Shown here piece after piece: positions 25,968 to 37,742 of a stretch of 64,000 nt of DNA. Within the stretch, counting starts at the first letter, position 1, and the number at the start of each line of letters is the position of its first letter. The DNA comes from Sphyrna mokarran (taxonomy: Eukaryota), in NCBI GenBank assembly GCA_024679065.1, contig JAGIQG010000020.1, positions 45,384,001 through 45,448,000 on the forward strand. Reading direction: 5' to 3'. A model generated the notes under the pieces. It did not search any database, was not told where the DNA came from, and saw only the letters and a program-made list of their open reading frames with translations. Made by a program: the position numbers and the translations under genes.

Positions 25968-26420
25968 TCACAACCCTTTGGAGTTTTTTGCAGTCTTGGA
26001 CAGAACAGGAGCCATACCAAGCTGTGATACAACCAGAAAGAATGCTTTCTATAGTGCATTTGTAATAGTTAGTGAGAGTCATAGTGAACTTGCCAATTTC
26101 CTTGGTCTTCTGAAAAAATAGAGGCATTGGTGGGCTTTCTTAACTGTCATGTTGGCATAGGGAGACCAGGACAGGTTGGTGATTTGGACACCTAAAAACT
26201 TAAAGCTCTCAACTATTTCCACTTCATCCCCATTGATGCAGACACAAGCTTATTCTCCACTACTCTCCCTGAACACAATGATTTTCTCCTTAGTTTCAGT
26301 GACATTGAGGGAGAGATTATTGTTGTCGCACCAGTTCATCAGATTCTCTATCTCTTTCCTGTACTCCGTTTCATTATTGTTTGAGATCTGGCCCACTATG
26401 GTGGTGTCATCAGCAAACAC
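25968..26420 (-). mobile_element. Rex1/Babar-like LINE RT fragment (3' end missing)
   Basis: FADDTTIVG, VEIVESFKFLG, TNYYKCTIESILSGCITAWYGSCSVQDCKKLQRVV. Confidence 0.85.
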
Positions 26421-26854
26421 AATTTGACCCTCTCAAACTCTAATGATCATCTCTATTAATTACTCAATATTTTAAAAGATCAATTTATTGCTTTGACGTT
26501 GCTTTATATTTGCTTATGTTGTTTCTCTTCATACCTTAGCATTTTATTAAAATTTAATGTTGCACCAAATCTTATCTTTTTGAAACTTGCTCTTCAGTCT
26601 CGAGTGAGAAAAAATAGAAATGTGGCCCCTTCCACAGAAAGGTTGGATAAGCCTGCACTGCACAAAGCTAAACTTGGGTAACTTGAACTTTATTATTAGT
26701 CTGTGGCAAGTCAAATAGTTTTGTTTTAAATTGCCAGCTGACACTGTGACACACATTGAAGTTCAAACACTGAAACTTCCACTCAGCATGTACAGGAAGA
26801 ATGGCCCCTTGTGTTGCAACATAATTAAACACAACCTAGAATTAATTTGGAGAA

Positions 26855-27160
26855 AAATACACATACCCAAACTCTTGCACACTCGTACATATACACACAC
26901 ACACACCTGACCTATGTACGTGTACATATAAACACATGCACATACTCTCATCCACACCAATAACCCCACCACATACACACAGAGACATCTCACCCTCATA
27001 TACTCCTGCACACATTTTCACTCACACCCATGCACTCAGAAAACTCTGATCCACACCAACCCACACACACACACCACTAAATATATACACATCTCACCTC
27101 ATACCACCAAGAACACACAACCTCATACACTCATCATCTAATATTCACAGACACACACAT
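26855..27160. repeat. Degenerate (CA)n-rich low-complexity tract
   Basis: Repeated cacacac/catacac runs. Confidence 0.85.
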
Positions 27161-27664
27161 AAAGAAAGTTTGTGAGCAGTGTTAATGCAGATCTCATTGT
27201 TTTGGATTTTAAAAAAATGGAGTGTTTGACTCATTAATTCATCCCACTGAAATTAATTCCTGAATTTATATAATTTTGATTTCAATGGCTTTGAGATGTT
27301 TCTTCTCAATCCATTTAATACATTTCCATGACATTTTCTCAATTATATTGTGCTTGACTCTGCCAAAGTAGATTTTCATTGGTGTGAAAGATCTCATTCA
27401 CAGCACGAGTAACATCAGGATATTTATTTGAATTTGCTATGTATAAAAGGTGTGTCCTGAATTTTACTTCACAAGGAAGTTACATGTCAGTCAAAACCCA
27501 GTTTTATTGCCTCTCTGCCTTTCATCCAGCAGAGGGCAACGATTCCTCCCTTAGAACCAGTTGAGGACTCCCCAAAATAAACAGAGAAAATATTGGGAAG
27601 AGAGTACGGATGTCAAAAATAGGAGCATTTAGATCCCCGAGCCTGCTCCAGCATTTGATAAGCT

Positions 27665-28815
27665 GACATGGTGGCACAATGATTAGCATTGCTGCCTCAC
27701 AGCTCCAGGAACCCTGATTCAATTCCCGGCCTTGGGTCACTGTCTGTGTGCAGGTTGCATATTTTTCCATGTCTGCATGGGTTTCCTGCGCGTGCTCTGA
27801 TTTCCTCCCACACTCCAAAGATATGGGTTGACCATGGTTAGGTGGTTTGGCCATGCTAAATTGCCCTCCAGTTTCCCAGCCACGTCAGTAATTTTGCCCT
27901 TAATTCCTATGACTTTTGCTTTAGTTAACACTCTCGTATGTAGGACTTTATCAAAGGCCTTCTGGAAGTCTATATAAACAACATCCATAGACATTCCCCT
28001 GCTCACTACATTAGTCACCGCTTCAAAAAATTCAATGAGGTTTGTTAGGCACGACCCACCTTTTATAAATCCACGTTGCCTCTCTCTGATTAGTTGAAAA
28101 TTTTCAAGACGTTGAGTTCCTCGATTTTAGACTCCACCATTTCCCCACCACAGACGTTAAGATAACTGGTCTGTAATTCCCTGGTTTTCCTCTTTCACAC
28201 TTCTTAAAAAGTGGAATGGCATGAGCAATTTTCCAATCCTGGGAAACAACTCCTGAATTTATGGAACTCTGAAAGATCATAGTTGGGGCATCTACAATGT
28301 GTTCTCCTGCTTTCTTTAACATCCTTGAATGGAAACTGTCAGGTCCTGGGAATTTGTCACTCCTTAGTTCCATTAGTGACCTTATTATTAATGTTTTACT
28401 TACCTGAATTGTATTTAATCCCTATCCCTGATCCACTATTAATTCCCTTGGGACTTCCAGCAAGATATCCCCCTTTTCTGCTGTAACCTCTAAGGCAAAG
28501 TAATTATTCAACAAGGCTGCCATTTTCCTATAGTCATTAACAATCCCCACTGTCAGTCTTTAGCGGGCCAATATTGCTCCTGTCTACCCACTTTCTCTTT
28601 ATATTACTACAACATGTCTTTTTTTTTTGTTTTGCTGTCCCTTGCTAGTCTCCTTTCATAATCCCTTTTAGTAGCTCTTAAAACCTGCTTTGTGTCCTTT
28701 TGCTGGTCTCTGCATCTTTCCTATTCCAAAGGTATGCTGCTGTTTTTTGCATTTTTGTAAGCCCTTTCTTTTAGTTTTATGCTGCCCCTTATCTCTTTAG
28801 TTGTCCATGGCTATT
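27665..28815. mobile_element. V-SINE (+, 27665-27868) joined to a CR1 RT fragment (-, 27868-28815)
   Basis: SINE head and core; minus-strand DVVYIDFQKAFDKV and PLFKK..R.KPGNYRPV.LTSVVGK. Confidence 0.85.
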
Positions 28816-28977
28816 TTTTTCTCTCAGCATTGCACTGAGGTGTTATCCTAGATGATGTGCCCAAGGTTGCTGGATTGGAACTTGAATCCACCAGCTTCTA
28901 ACTCAAAATAGAAAGATTTTGAGACAGTTGTTACAGTTGTATGGATGAATCTAAGAGAAGCACATGAAAGAAAATTA

Positions 28978-29490
28978 AATAGAAACATAAAAACTAGAAG
29001 CAGGGGTAGGCCATTCAGCCCTTCGAGTCTGCTTTGCCATTCATCTTGATCATCTAATTCAATATCCTGAACTCCTCCTTCCTCCCATATTCCTTGATCC
29101 CTTTAGCCCCAAGAGCTATATCTAATTTCTTCTTGAAATCAGACAACTTTTTGGCCTCAACTATATTCGGTGGAAGTGAATTCCACACATTCACCAGCCT
29201 CTGAGTGAAGAAATTTCTCCTCATCGCAATTCTAAATGATTTACCCCTTATCCTCAAACAATGACCCCTAGTTCTGGACTCCCCCCCCCGCATTGGGAAC
29301 ATTCTTCCTGAATCTAACCCTGTCAGAATTTTATAAGTTTCTATAAGATCCCCTCTCACTCTTCTAAACTCCAGTGAATATAATCTTAACCAACTTAGTC
29401 TCTCCTCATTTGACAAACCTGCCATCCCAGGAATCAGCCTGGTAAACCTTTGCTGTCCTCCTCCTGTAGCAAGGACATCCTTTCTCAAAT
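28978..29490 (-). mobile_element. CR1 3' end
   Basis: ORF 29054-29488 QRFTRLIPGMAGLS.EERL...RRNFFTQR.VN.WNSLP; tail. Confidence 0.9.
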
Positions 29491-29544
29491 GAGATATAAC
29501 TTACAACAAAAACACCATGTATTTATATGGCAGCTTTAATATAC

Positions 29545-29725
29545 TGGAAGTCGGTTAGCTCAGTCGGCTGGATGATTATTTTGCAATGCTAAATGACGCC
29601 AACAGTGTGGGTTCAATTTCCATACAGGCTGACTGTTATTCATGAAGGCCCCACCTTCTCAACCTTGCCTGAGGTGTGGTAATCCTCTGGTTAAATCACC
29701 AGCAGTCAATCCATCTGGGAACTTT
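29545..29725 (+). mobile_element. tRNA-derived SINE (separate family) nested in an L2 remnant; partial minus copy at 13630-13765
   Basis: A box ttagctcagtcgg, B box ggttcaatttcc, body aggccccaccttctcaaccttgcc. Confidence 0.6.
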
Positions 29726-30009
29726 ACATAATAGATAGCCCAAGACTCTTCCCAGGAATGGTATCAACAGAGATATTAGGGCAGGTGAGAGGTAGTTTTC
29801 AAGGAGTGTCTTAAAGGAGGAAGTGTTGAGTGAGATTTGTTGAATGAGAAGAACATCAGCAGCAGAATTCTTTTTGTAAAGAGGTCAACTTTATGGTGAG
29901 AGGTCAGCCAGGAGTGCATTTGGAATAGACAAGTCTAGAGGTATCACCAGAAACAGACTTGGATCAGGTATAATAATGTGATAGTCGCACAGTTCTGTTG
30001 TTTAAAACT

Positions 30010-30205
30010 ATCTGTGTGGAGTTTGCCATTCTCCCCGTGTCTGTGTGGGTTTCCTGCAGGTGCCATCCCAATCTGAAAGGTTAGGTGCATTGGCTTGCTA
30101 AATTCTTCCTCAGTGTACCCGAACAGGTACCACAGTGTGGCGACCAGAGGATTTTCACAGTAACTTCATTACAATATAAATATAAGCCTACTTGTGACTA
30201 ATAAA
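30010..30205 (+). mobile_element. 5'-truncated V-SINE with tail type B
   Basis: V core followed by ttttcacagtaacttcatt...gcctacttgtgactaataaa. Confidence 0.8.
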
Positions 30206-30684
30206 AGAAAATTTAACTACCCTCCAGAAGGTGTTGGTAGGCAATCTTTTTAAATCACTACAGTCCCTGTCATGAAGGAACATCCACAGTGCTGGTAGGG
30301 AGGGAGTTCCTGAATTTTTGCAGGCTGACAGTGAAGACAGGGTGATAGATTTCCAAGTCAGGAAAGTGAGATTTGTCCTTATAGTTTGTGGGTCTCAGTC
30401 AATGCCAAATCCACAGTCTCTGCTGACAAGAATAACAAACACCAAGGTCAGAACACTATATACAAATGTGGCAGATTGCAAACTCGCTGCGTTTTTGCAA
30501 CATAGAGAAATGCAGTGAGCGGGGAAGCCGCGTCTGGGGAATAACTGAAGGTGTCTTTGACTCACCTTCAACCTCGAGACCCTTAAACGCGGTCTGTGCG
30601 ACAGCCAGAGATTGTTACAGTTTTAAGGGAAAGCCGGGCTCGGACGTGCGCGCCCGCCATCCCCAAACCGCGTGAACGCGGGGA

Positions 30685-30764
30685 GGGGGCGCGCACCCTG
30701 CTTGGGCGGGGGCGCGCACCCTGCTTGGGCGGGGGGCGCGCACCCTGCTTGGGCGGGGGCGCGC
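30685..30764 (+). repeat. GC-rich minisatellite, ~3.4 copies of a 23-24 bp unit GGGGGCGCGCACCCTGCTTGGGC
   Basis: Near-perfect tandem units read directly; they differ only in G-run length. Confidence 0.95.
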
Positions 30765-30832
30765 CTGGGCCGCGCTCTCGCTGTAACTGCAGGTGAATGA
30801 AGGGGGCAGCGGGCTGTACTGACAGCAGTACC

Positions 30833-30916
30833 ATGGCGGAGAGTCTGAACTTACTGCGGATCGGGGCTCTGCTGACAACTTGTAGCATCGGTAACGTGGA
30901 GGCGACAGCCCGCAGG
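30833..30916 (+). CDS. CUB-domain membrane protein, coding exon 1 (probable signal peptide MAESLNLLRIGALLTTCSIGNVEATARR)
   Basis: Strong Kozak accATGg, hydrophobic N-terminal stretch, donor AGG|gtaggt in phase 0 matching the phase-0 start of the exon at 50868. In-frame upstream ATG at 30797 has weak context. Confidence 0.75.
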
Positions 30917-32071
30917 GTAGGTGCACCAAACTCAGCCGGGATATACAGCAGGCGATGCATCTTAAAGCAGAATCAGGTCTTGTGTAGAAAGATGCTGTGA
31001 GCACAGATTACAGTGAAAATAAAGCAGTGTTTCATCTCCTTGTAGTTTTAGCAGCAACGATTGCTTTTTGCAGTCACTTCATTGCAGTGTTAATGTTGTG
31101 ACACTAATAAATGAATACATTTTGCAAACTGTGAGAAGCAATTTGGAGGAGAAAGAGTTTTAAGCATAAAAAATACAGAATTCAGCTTGTGGCTGTAATC
31201 TATTTTACATTCGAACTCTGTGCTGGGGCAAAATATCTCCAGCTCTGCGGTGGAACCCGATTTAAAACTATTAAAACAGCGGGTGGACCAGTTTATTACT
31301 AACCCGCTCTCTGTTATATTTAACTTAAATATAAAATCTGTGCGATCCTCGATCCAAGATTAACTTCTCGTTTTAAAAACTGGAGGAGCTTTTTTCTGGG
31401 GAGGGGGGTGCTTTGAGTAACTTTCTTCTCTCCCGAGGCTATGTTTAAAAGTTGTCCCTAATATGCAGAAACTGAGGAAGGTTTTGATTATTGCCATCGA
31501 ATAGTCAATGCACAACATCTGTAAGCAGCCTGGCCGGAGTGAGAATGATGGTTGCAGGGGACAGTGTATGTGTACAGGGGTTTAATGGGACAGGAGAGGA
31601 GGGAGCTGATTTTCATATAAAGTGTTGTGTACATTAGGCAGACCCTAAAGGAGCGCCTTTTAAAAGAAGATGCTGTTTCAAAACACAAACAGGAGGGTGG
31701 ACAGCGTATCAAATGACCCAATTGTAATGGCTTGCTTTGCTTAAACCTCCTTCTCTGCAATTACCAGTATGAAGTAGCTGTGCTAAATATTGCCTTTGTT
31801 TCTGGGTTAGCCTCAGCCTGAGATCCGAGAATTGTGCTCCTTTCCCCCAGTATCTATCTCTATCTATCTCTCTCCTTTCCCTTGGCCAGCAGCTTGCTGG
31901 AGGCTGATTCCCCCATGTTAAATCTCCTATCGTTGGATATTGACATGATCAGGAAAGTGATACCACCAGCATCGAAATACACGGCAGCTGTGGGCGACTT
32001 GCGGATGAATGGGAGCTCTTCCCACCCTCTCTCTCTGTTAGATCAGAGCCATCCCCTGAGAAGCCAGAGAG

Positions 32072-32620
32072 GTGTTGTCAAAGCTTTCTCTCCTGCACTC
32101 ATCAGGACAAACACAAGATTTCAATACATCACAACTTCTATTGAAAAGGATAGCGATTGATTGGCCGAGGCATTGCCCATAGAGAAAGCAACAGAGGACA
32201 TCTAACTCCTCAAACTCCCGGGTAATTCAAAAACAAGCAACAATTGAACTTATTCCCTTTGTTTGCAGAAAATGAGTCCTTGCGTATGAATTTGTTAATT
32301 CAGATAAGCATAAATTAACCATATTGCAAATTGGTTGTTTCTGTGGCAGTTAACGCACTCAGGAGTGTTCAGCGAGTGCTGTCCAATTGTGAAATTACAT
32401 CTAACTATAGACATTTTGGCATTTTCAAGCATGGGTTTGTCAAATATCGTCAGTATTCTGCCTATTATGTGTAACTAAAAGAACAAGCTGTTTGATTTCA
32501 TCAACCAATCATACAGCCTGCTTATCTGGCGTCACACCAGCACAAATTCACACATGATGCTGTGCGGGTGGGCTGATTTGAACAACAGGTTAAATATTTC
32601 ACACTGCTTCCCACTAATGG
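32072..32620 (-). mobile_element. Penelope-like (GIY-YIG) element 3' remnant, same family as 45100-46740
   Basis: Hammerhead-like end at 32075-32110; body similar to 46232-46740. Confidence 0.6.
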
Positions 32621-33039
32621 GGTGCTGCCTTCAGGCATTCTGCTTACTCCACAATTCAGGGTTATGGAATCAAGGGCAAATAGATTGGGTTAAGAAATAG
32701 ATCAGCCAAATGAATGGTGACAGATTGAAGGGATGAATTTTCCTTTTCCTAGGATCACTCTTGGGGATAATTGGCATCGAGAGCATGTGGAAATTGAGAA
32801 AAGAAAAGCAAGTGCCTTGCAAACCTTGAACTCATATTTGGAAATAATTTGAAGCTATAACTGTAGAATGTTTCAGGGTATTTTGATGAAGTCAAACTGA
32901 ATAGATAATTAGTGTGTGACATAATTGGAGATTATTTAATATTATTGTGTAAGCCTGGAATTCAATGTGACAGCCAGCAGCCCAGTCCTTTTGTTCTCAC
33001 CCTTTATCTTTCTTACTAGGAATTGGCCACATTTGAACT

Positions 33040-33830
33040 TGGCCACATTGGCAAAAAGAATAGAGAAACGGTATATTAGTTAAATGGAGAGAGATTGAAA
33101 AACTCTAAGGTACAGAGGAACCTGGGTGTCCTAGCACATGAATCATAAAGAGTTGGTATTCAGAAAAACATGTGATTAGGAAAGGAAATGCAATATTTTT
33201 GTTTATCGCATGGGGAATGGAAATTAAAGTTGGGATGTTTTGCCAACACAGCACTGATGAGACCACATCTAGAATACTGTAGTTTTGGTCTCCTTAGTAA
33301 AGGATGAATATAAATGCATTGGGAGCTATTCAGAGAAGGTTCACTCGACTGATACTTGGGATGGGGAGGGTCACCTTGCAAATAAAAGTTGGACAGGTCC
33401 AGCTTGGGTCTGTATTCATCAGAGTTTAGAAAATTGAGAGGTGATCTTATTGAATTATACAAGATCCTGAGGGGACTTGACAACATGGATACTGAAAGGA
33501 TGTTTCACTTTGAGAGAAACTAGAACTTCTTAACAAAGTTTAAAAATAAAAGGTCTCTCATTTCATATGGAGATGAGAAGAAATCTTTTTTCTCAGAGGA
33601 TCACGAGTCTTTGGAATTGTCTTCCCCAGGGAACGATGGAAACAGAGTTTTGGCAGAGGGAGATAGATTCTTGATTAACGAGGAAGTTAGAGTGTATTGT
33701 GGGGGTGGGGGGGGGGTGGGTAGATGAAATGTGAAGTTGCGGTTACAATCAGATTAGCCATGATTTAATTAAATAGCGGAGTAGGCTTAAGGAGCTGAAT
33801 GGCCCCTTCTAACTCCTTCTAATTTATATC
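33040..33830 (+). mobile_element. CR1 3' fragment
   Basis: RPHLEYC..., RGDLIELYKILRGLD motifs and 3' UTR. Confidence 0.8.
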
Positions 33831-33883
33831 CATGTAACACTAAGTCTGTTGAGGATTTTCTGTCCAGTTCCATACCATACAAT

Positions 33884-34080
33884 AGTAAGAAATCTCACAA
33901 CACCAGGTTAAAATCCAACAGCTTTATTTGGAATCATCAGCTTTTGGAGCGCTGCTTCACTCGCCTGATGAAGGACGTTTTGAAAGCTCAAGGTTCCAAA
34001 TAAACCTGTTGGAGTTTAACCTGATGCTGTGAGATTTCTTACTGTGCCAATCTCAGTCCAAGCTGGCATCTCCACATCAT
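33884..34080. mobile_element. Palindromic Penelope-terminal-repeat derivative (MITE-like)
   Basis: Inverted arms agtaagaaatctcacaacaccaggttaaa / tttaacctgatgctgtgagatttcttact; central CTGATGA...GAAAGCTC. Confidence 0.8.
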
Positions 34081-34524
34081 GGGTACCTTATAATGGTGCT
34101 CAGGGATAATCTCTGGAATGTCTTCGCTAAACTTCTCTGCCTCTCTATCCTCCTTTAAGATGCTCCTAAAAATCTACTTCTTGTATTAAGGTTTCAGGTG
34201 TCTGTTCAAGTTCCAATACTTTTCCACAGTTCGATAACAATTCCGTGAAGTACCTTGGTACGTTTCACTGTGTTAAAAGATGCTAAATAAATGTAGGGTA
34301 TTGTCTGATCTGTTTGAGATGCAGTGTATATAAAGTGACCAGAAGAATATTTTTCCATGAAAATTGAAATGTATTAATGAATTGGATGCAAAGATTATTT
34401 CCATATATATTCAGAAAGAATATATATGGAATATATGATAGAAAGTTATAACTGACCAGAATTCCCATGGACAAAAAAAAAGGAAAGTTCTATTTTAATC
34501 TGTGTTGCATTTTATAAAAAAATT

Positions 34525-35950
34525 TGTTCACGGGATATGAGAGTTGTTGAATAGGCCAGTATTTATTGCCCATCCCTAATTGCCTTTAAGAAGATGGTGA
34601 TGAGTAATTGCCTTGAACCTTATAGTTTAGGTGCACCCATAGTGCTGTTACGGAGGGTGTTCCAGGATTTTAATCTAGTAACAGTGAAGGAATGGCGATA
34701 TATTCCCAAGTCAGGATGGTGAGTAACTTGGAGTGTAACTGTAGGTGTGATGTTTCCAGGTGTCTGCTGCCTTTGTCCTTTTAAGTGGTAGAAGTTGTGA
34801 GTTTGCAAGGTGCTGTCCAAAAAGTCTTGGTGAGTTCCTGCAGAGCATCTTGTAGATGGTACACACGGCTGCTACTGTGCTTTTGTGGTGGAAGGATTCA
34901 ATGTGTAAGGTGGTTGTTGGGATGCTAATCAACCATTCTTGCTTGACTGATATCCTAGATGATGTTGAGGTTCTTGAATGTTGTTGGAGCTGCAATCACC
35001 CAGGCAAGTGAAGAGTATTCCATCATTCTCCTTAGATGGTCGACTGGCTTTTGGGAGTCAGAAGGTGAGTTCCTCTTTGCAGGATTCCCAGCCTCTATCC
35101 TGCTCTTGTACTCACGATATTTCTACTGCTCGTCCAGTTCATGTTCTGCCCAATAATAATCCCCAGGATGTTGATACTAGGAGATTCAGTGATGATAATG
35201 CCATGAATGTCAAGGGATGATAGTTAGATTCTCTCTTGTAGGAGATGGTGTAAATGTTACTTGTCATTTGTCGAGATCTAGCTGCATTTGGACATGAACT
35301 GCCTTCCATTTGGTGTGGTGGCATCCAAAATGTGAAAGCAGGACTTATTCTCCACATGGCTTGTGCACTCCAACAGTACTGTCATGGACAGATACACCAG
35401 CAGTAAGTAGATTCATCAGTATAAAATCAAATAGGTTATTATTTCCCTCAAGCCGACCACGGATCTAGTGAAGGAGCTGCATTCTTTACAACTCAGCCAG
35501 TAATGATGCCATTAAGCCACACTTGGTGATGGACATTGAAATTCCCCAGCCAGAGTACAATCTGTGTCCTGTGTCCTTTGGTGTTTCTGCCAAATATTCT
35601 TTGGCATGGGGAAGTACAGATTCATCAACTAGGATGAGGCAGTAATCAGCAGAAGTTTTCCTTGTCTATGTTTGATGATGCCACAAGACTTCACAGGGTC
35701 TGGAGCCAATGTTGAGGACTCCCAGGTCAGTTCCCTCCCTGACTATATACCACTGTGTGGCCTTGTAGGTTTATCCTGCGAGTGGGATCTACCCAAGAAT
35801 ATTGATAGTGGTGTCTGGGGCGTGTATGTCTGTGACAGGCTGTTGCTTAACTAGTTTTCAGAACAGCTGTCCCCATTTTGGCATCAGCCCCCAGGTGTTA
35901 GTAAGGAGGACTTTGCAAGGTTAATTGGGCTAGGTCAATGCAAGATGGTC
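34525..35950 (-). mobile_element. Degenerate L2/Crack-like LINE
   Basis: Reverse complement of the 1140-1690 family, with tail gggcaataaatactggcc. Confidence 0.65.
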
Positions 35951-36468
35951 CTCTTAGTTTCATTCCTTTTACATAAGAATACATAGCAGGTTGATACAAC
36001 TGGCTTGTTAGGGCATTAATTGTTCTGGATCTGCAGTCAAATATAGGTCAGATCAGATAAGGACATTGGTGAACCAGGTGGGTCTTTACAATGATGGTTC
36101 TTTGGTCACTATTATTGGGACTAGCTTTTAATTCCAGATTTTATTAATTGACTTTAAATTCCACGAGCTACTGTGTTCCCAGAGCATTACATCTGTGGAT
36201 TATAGCCCAGAGAAACCTGCTTCTATTTTAGGAGCTCAGAGGTTGAAAGTTGAACCAAATAGAAATTTGAGAGTTTTTTTGAGAATTTTGTTTTGCACCA
36301 GTATCAAGCTTAATTTGTTTCCTTATTATCAAAATAACTTTGTATTTAAAAGGTGACCCGACTTTAATTCCACATCAAAAATTCATATCACTTTTGGGAA
36401 TTCTCATTATTTCTAAAATGGAAGGACAGGGTGTAGATTTGGTAAATGTTGTTGTGTCATTTATTGTT

Positions 36469-37742
36469 AGAACATAGAACATAGAACATAGAACATAGAA
36501 CAATACAGCACAGAACAGGCCCTTCGGCCTTCGATGTTGTGCCGACCAAAATAAAAAGCAATGCCCCTCCTAACTAAACCATTCCCTTCTCATCCATATA
36601 CTTATCAACTAACCTCTTAAACGCCACCAAACTTGGCGCATCTACAACAGCTGCAGGCAGGGCATTCCACTCCCTAATCACTCTTTGAGTAAAGAACCTA
36701 CCTCTGATATCCGTCCTATAACTCATACCCCTTAATTTAAAGCTGTGTCCCCTCGTGCTAGCTTTCTCCATCCTAGGAAAAAGGCTATCACTGTCCACCC
36801 TATCTAAACCTCTAATCATCTTATATGTTTCAATAAGATCCCCTCTTAGCCGCCTCCTTTCTAACGAAAACAACCTCAAATCCTTCAACCTCTCTTCATA
36901 GGACCTGCCCTCCATACCAGGCAACATCCTGGTAAACCTCCTCTGTACCCTCTCCAATGCCTCCACATCTTTCTTATAATGTGGGGACCAGAACTGCACA
37001 CAATACTCCAAGTGCGGCCGCACTAGAGTTTTGTACAGTTGCAACATGATGCTGCGGCTCCTAAATTCAATCCCCCTACCAATAAAAGCTAAGACTCCAT
37101 ATGCCTTCTTAACAACTTTATCCACTTGACTGCCTACTTTCAGGGATCTATTGACACATACACCAAGATCCTTCTGTTCCTCAACACTATTAAGAGCCCT
37201 ACCATTAGCCCTATACTCTACACATTTATTGTTCCTGCCAAAGTGCATTACCTCACACTTTTCCACATTAAACTCCATTTGCCACCTCTCGGCCCAGCTC
37301 TGCAACTTGTCCAAGTCACTCTGTAAACTATAACACCCCTCTTCACTATCTACCACTCCACCGACTTTAGTGTCATCTGCAAATTTACTGATCCATCCCT
37401 CAATACCCTCATCCAGATCATTTATAAAAATTACAAACAGCAGGGGCCCCAAAACAGACCCCTGAGGCACACCACTCGTCACCGAACTCCACGATGAATA
37501 TCTCCCATCAACCACCACCCTCTGTCTTCTATCTGCCAGCCAATTTCTAATCCAATTAGCTAAATCACCCTCTATTCCACACATCTGCATTTTCTGTAGA
37601 AGTCTTCCATGGGCCACCTTATCAAAAGCCTTACTAAAGTCCATATATACTACATCAACCGCCTTACCCCCATCCACCTCTCTGGTCACTTTCTCAAAAA
37701 ACTCAATGAGGTTAGTAAGGCATGACCTACCCTTCACGAAAT
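36469..37742 (-). mobile_element. Young 5'-truncated CR1 LINE with uninterrupted RT C-terminal ORF (387 aa) and (ATGTTCT)n tail
   Basis: KGRSCLTNLIEFF, DFSKAFDKV, GVPQGSVLGP, FADDTK with no stops; (agaacat)x4 at 36469-36501. Confidence 0.95.

Larger units (their letters stand above)
30515..30960 (+). promoter_or_regulatory. CpG island / promoter of the CUB-domain gene
   Basis: Dense CpG and GGGCGG boxes immediately upstream of and overlapping a signal-peptide exon. Confidence 0.75.

Noticed and set aside
30685-30764. CRISPR-like appearance of short direct repeats
   Set aside because: No spacers, no cas genes, vertebrate DNA; it is a tandem minisatellite.
30890-30896. Alternative donor G|gtaacg in CUB exon 1
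   Set aside because: Phase 1 does not match the phase-0 exon 2; the donor at 30916/30917 does.
30583-31004. Minus-strand ORFs with repeated PPPKQGAR / RPSRVRAP peptides
   Set aside because: Translation artefacts of the minisatellite, antisense to the real exon 1.
36574-37737. 387-aa RT ORF as a host or domesticated gene
   Set aside because: 5'-truncated CR1 with tail repeat and no ATG or promoter; intactness fits recent insertion.
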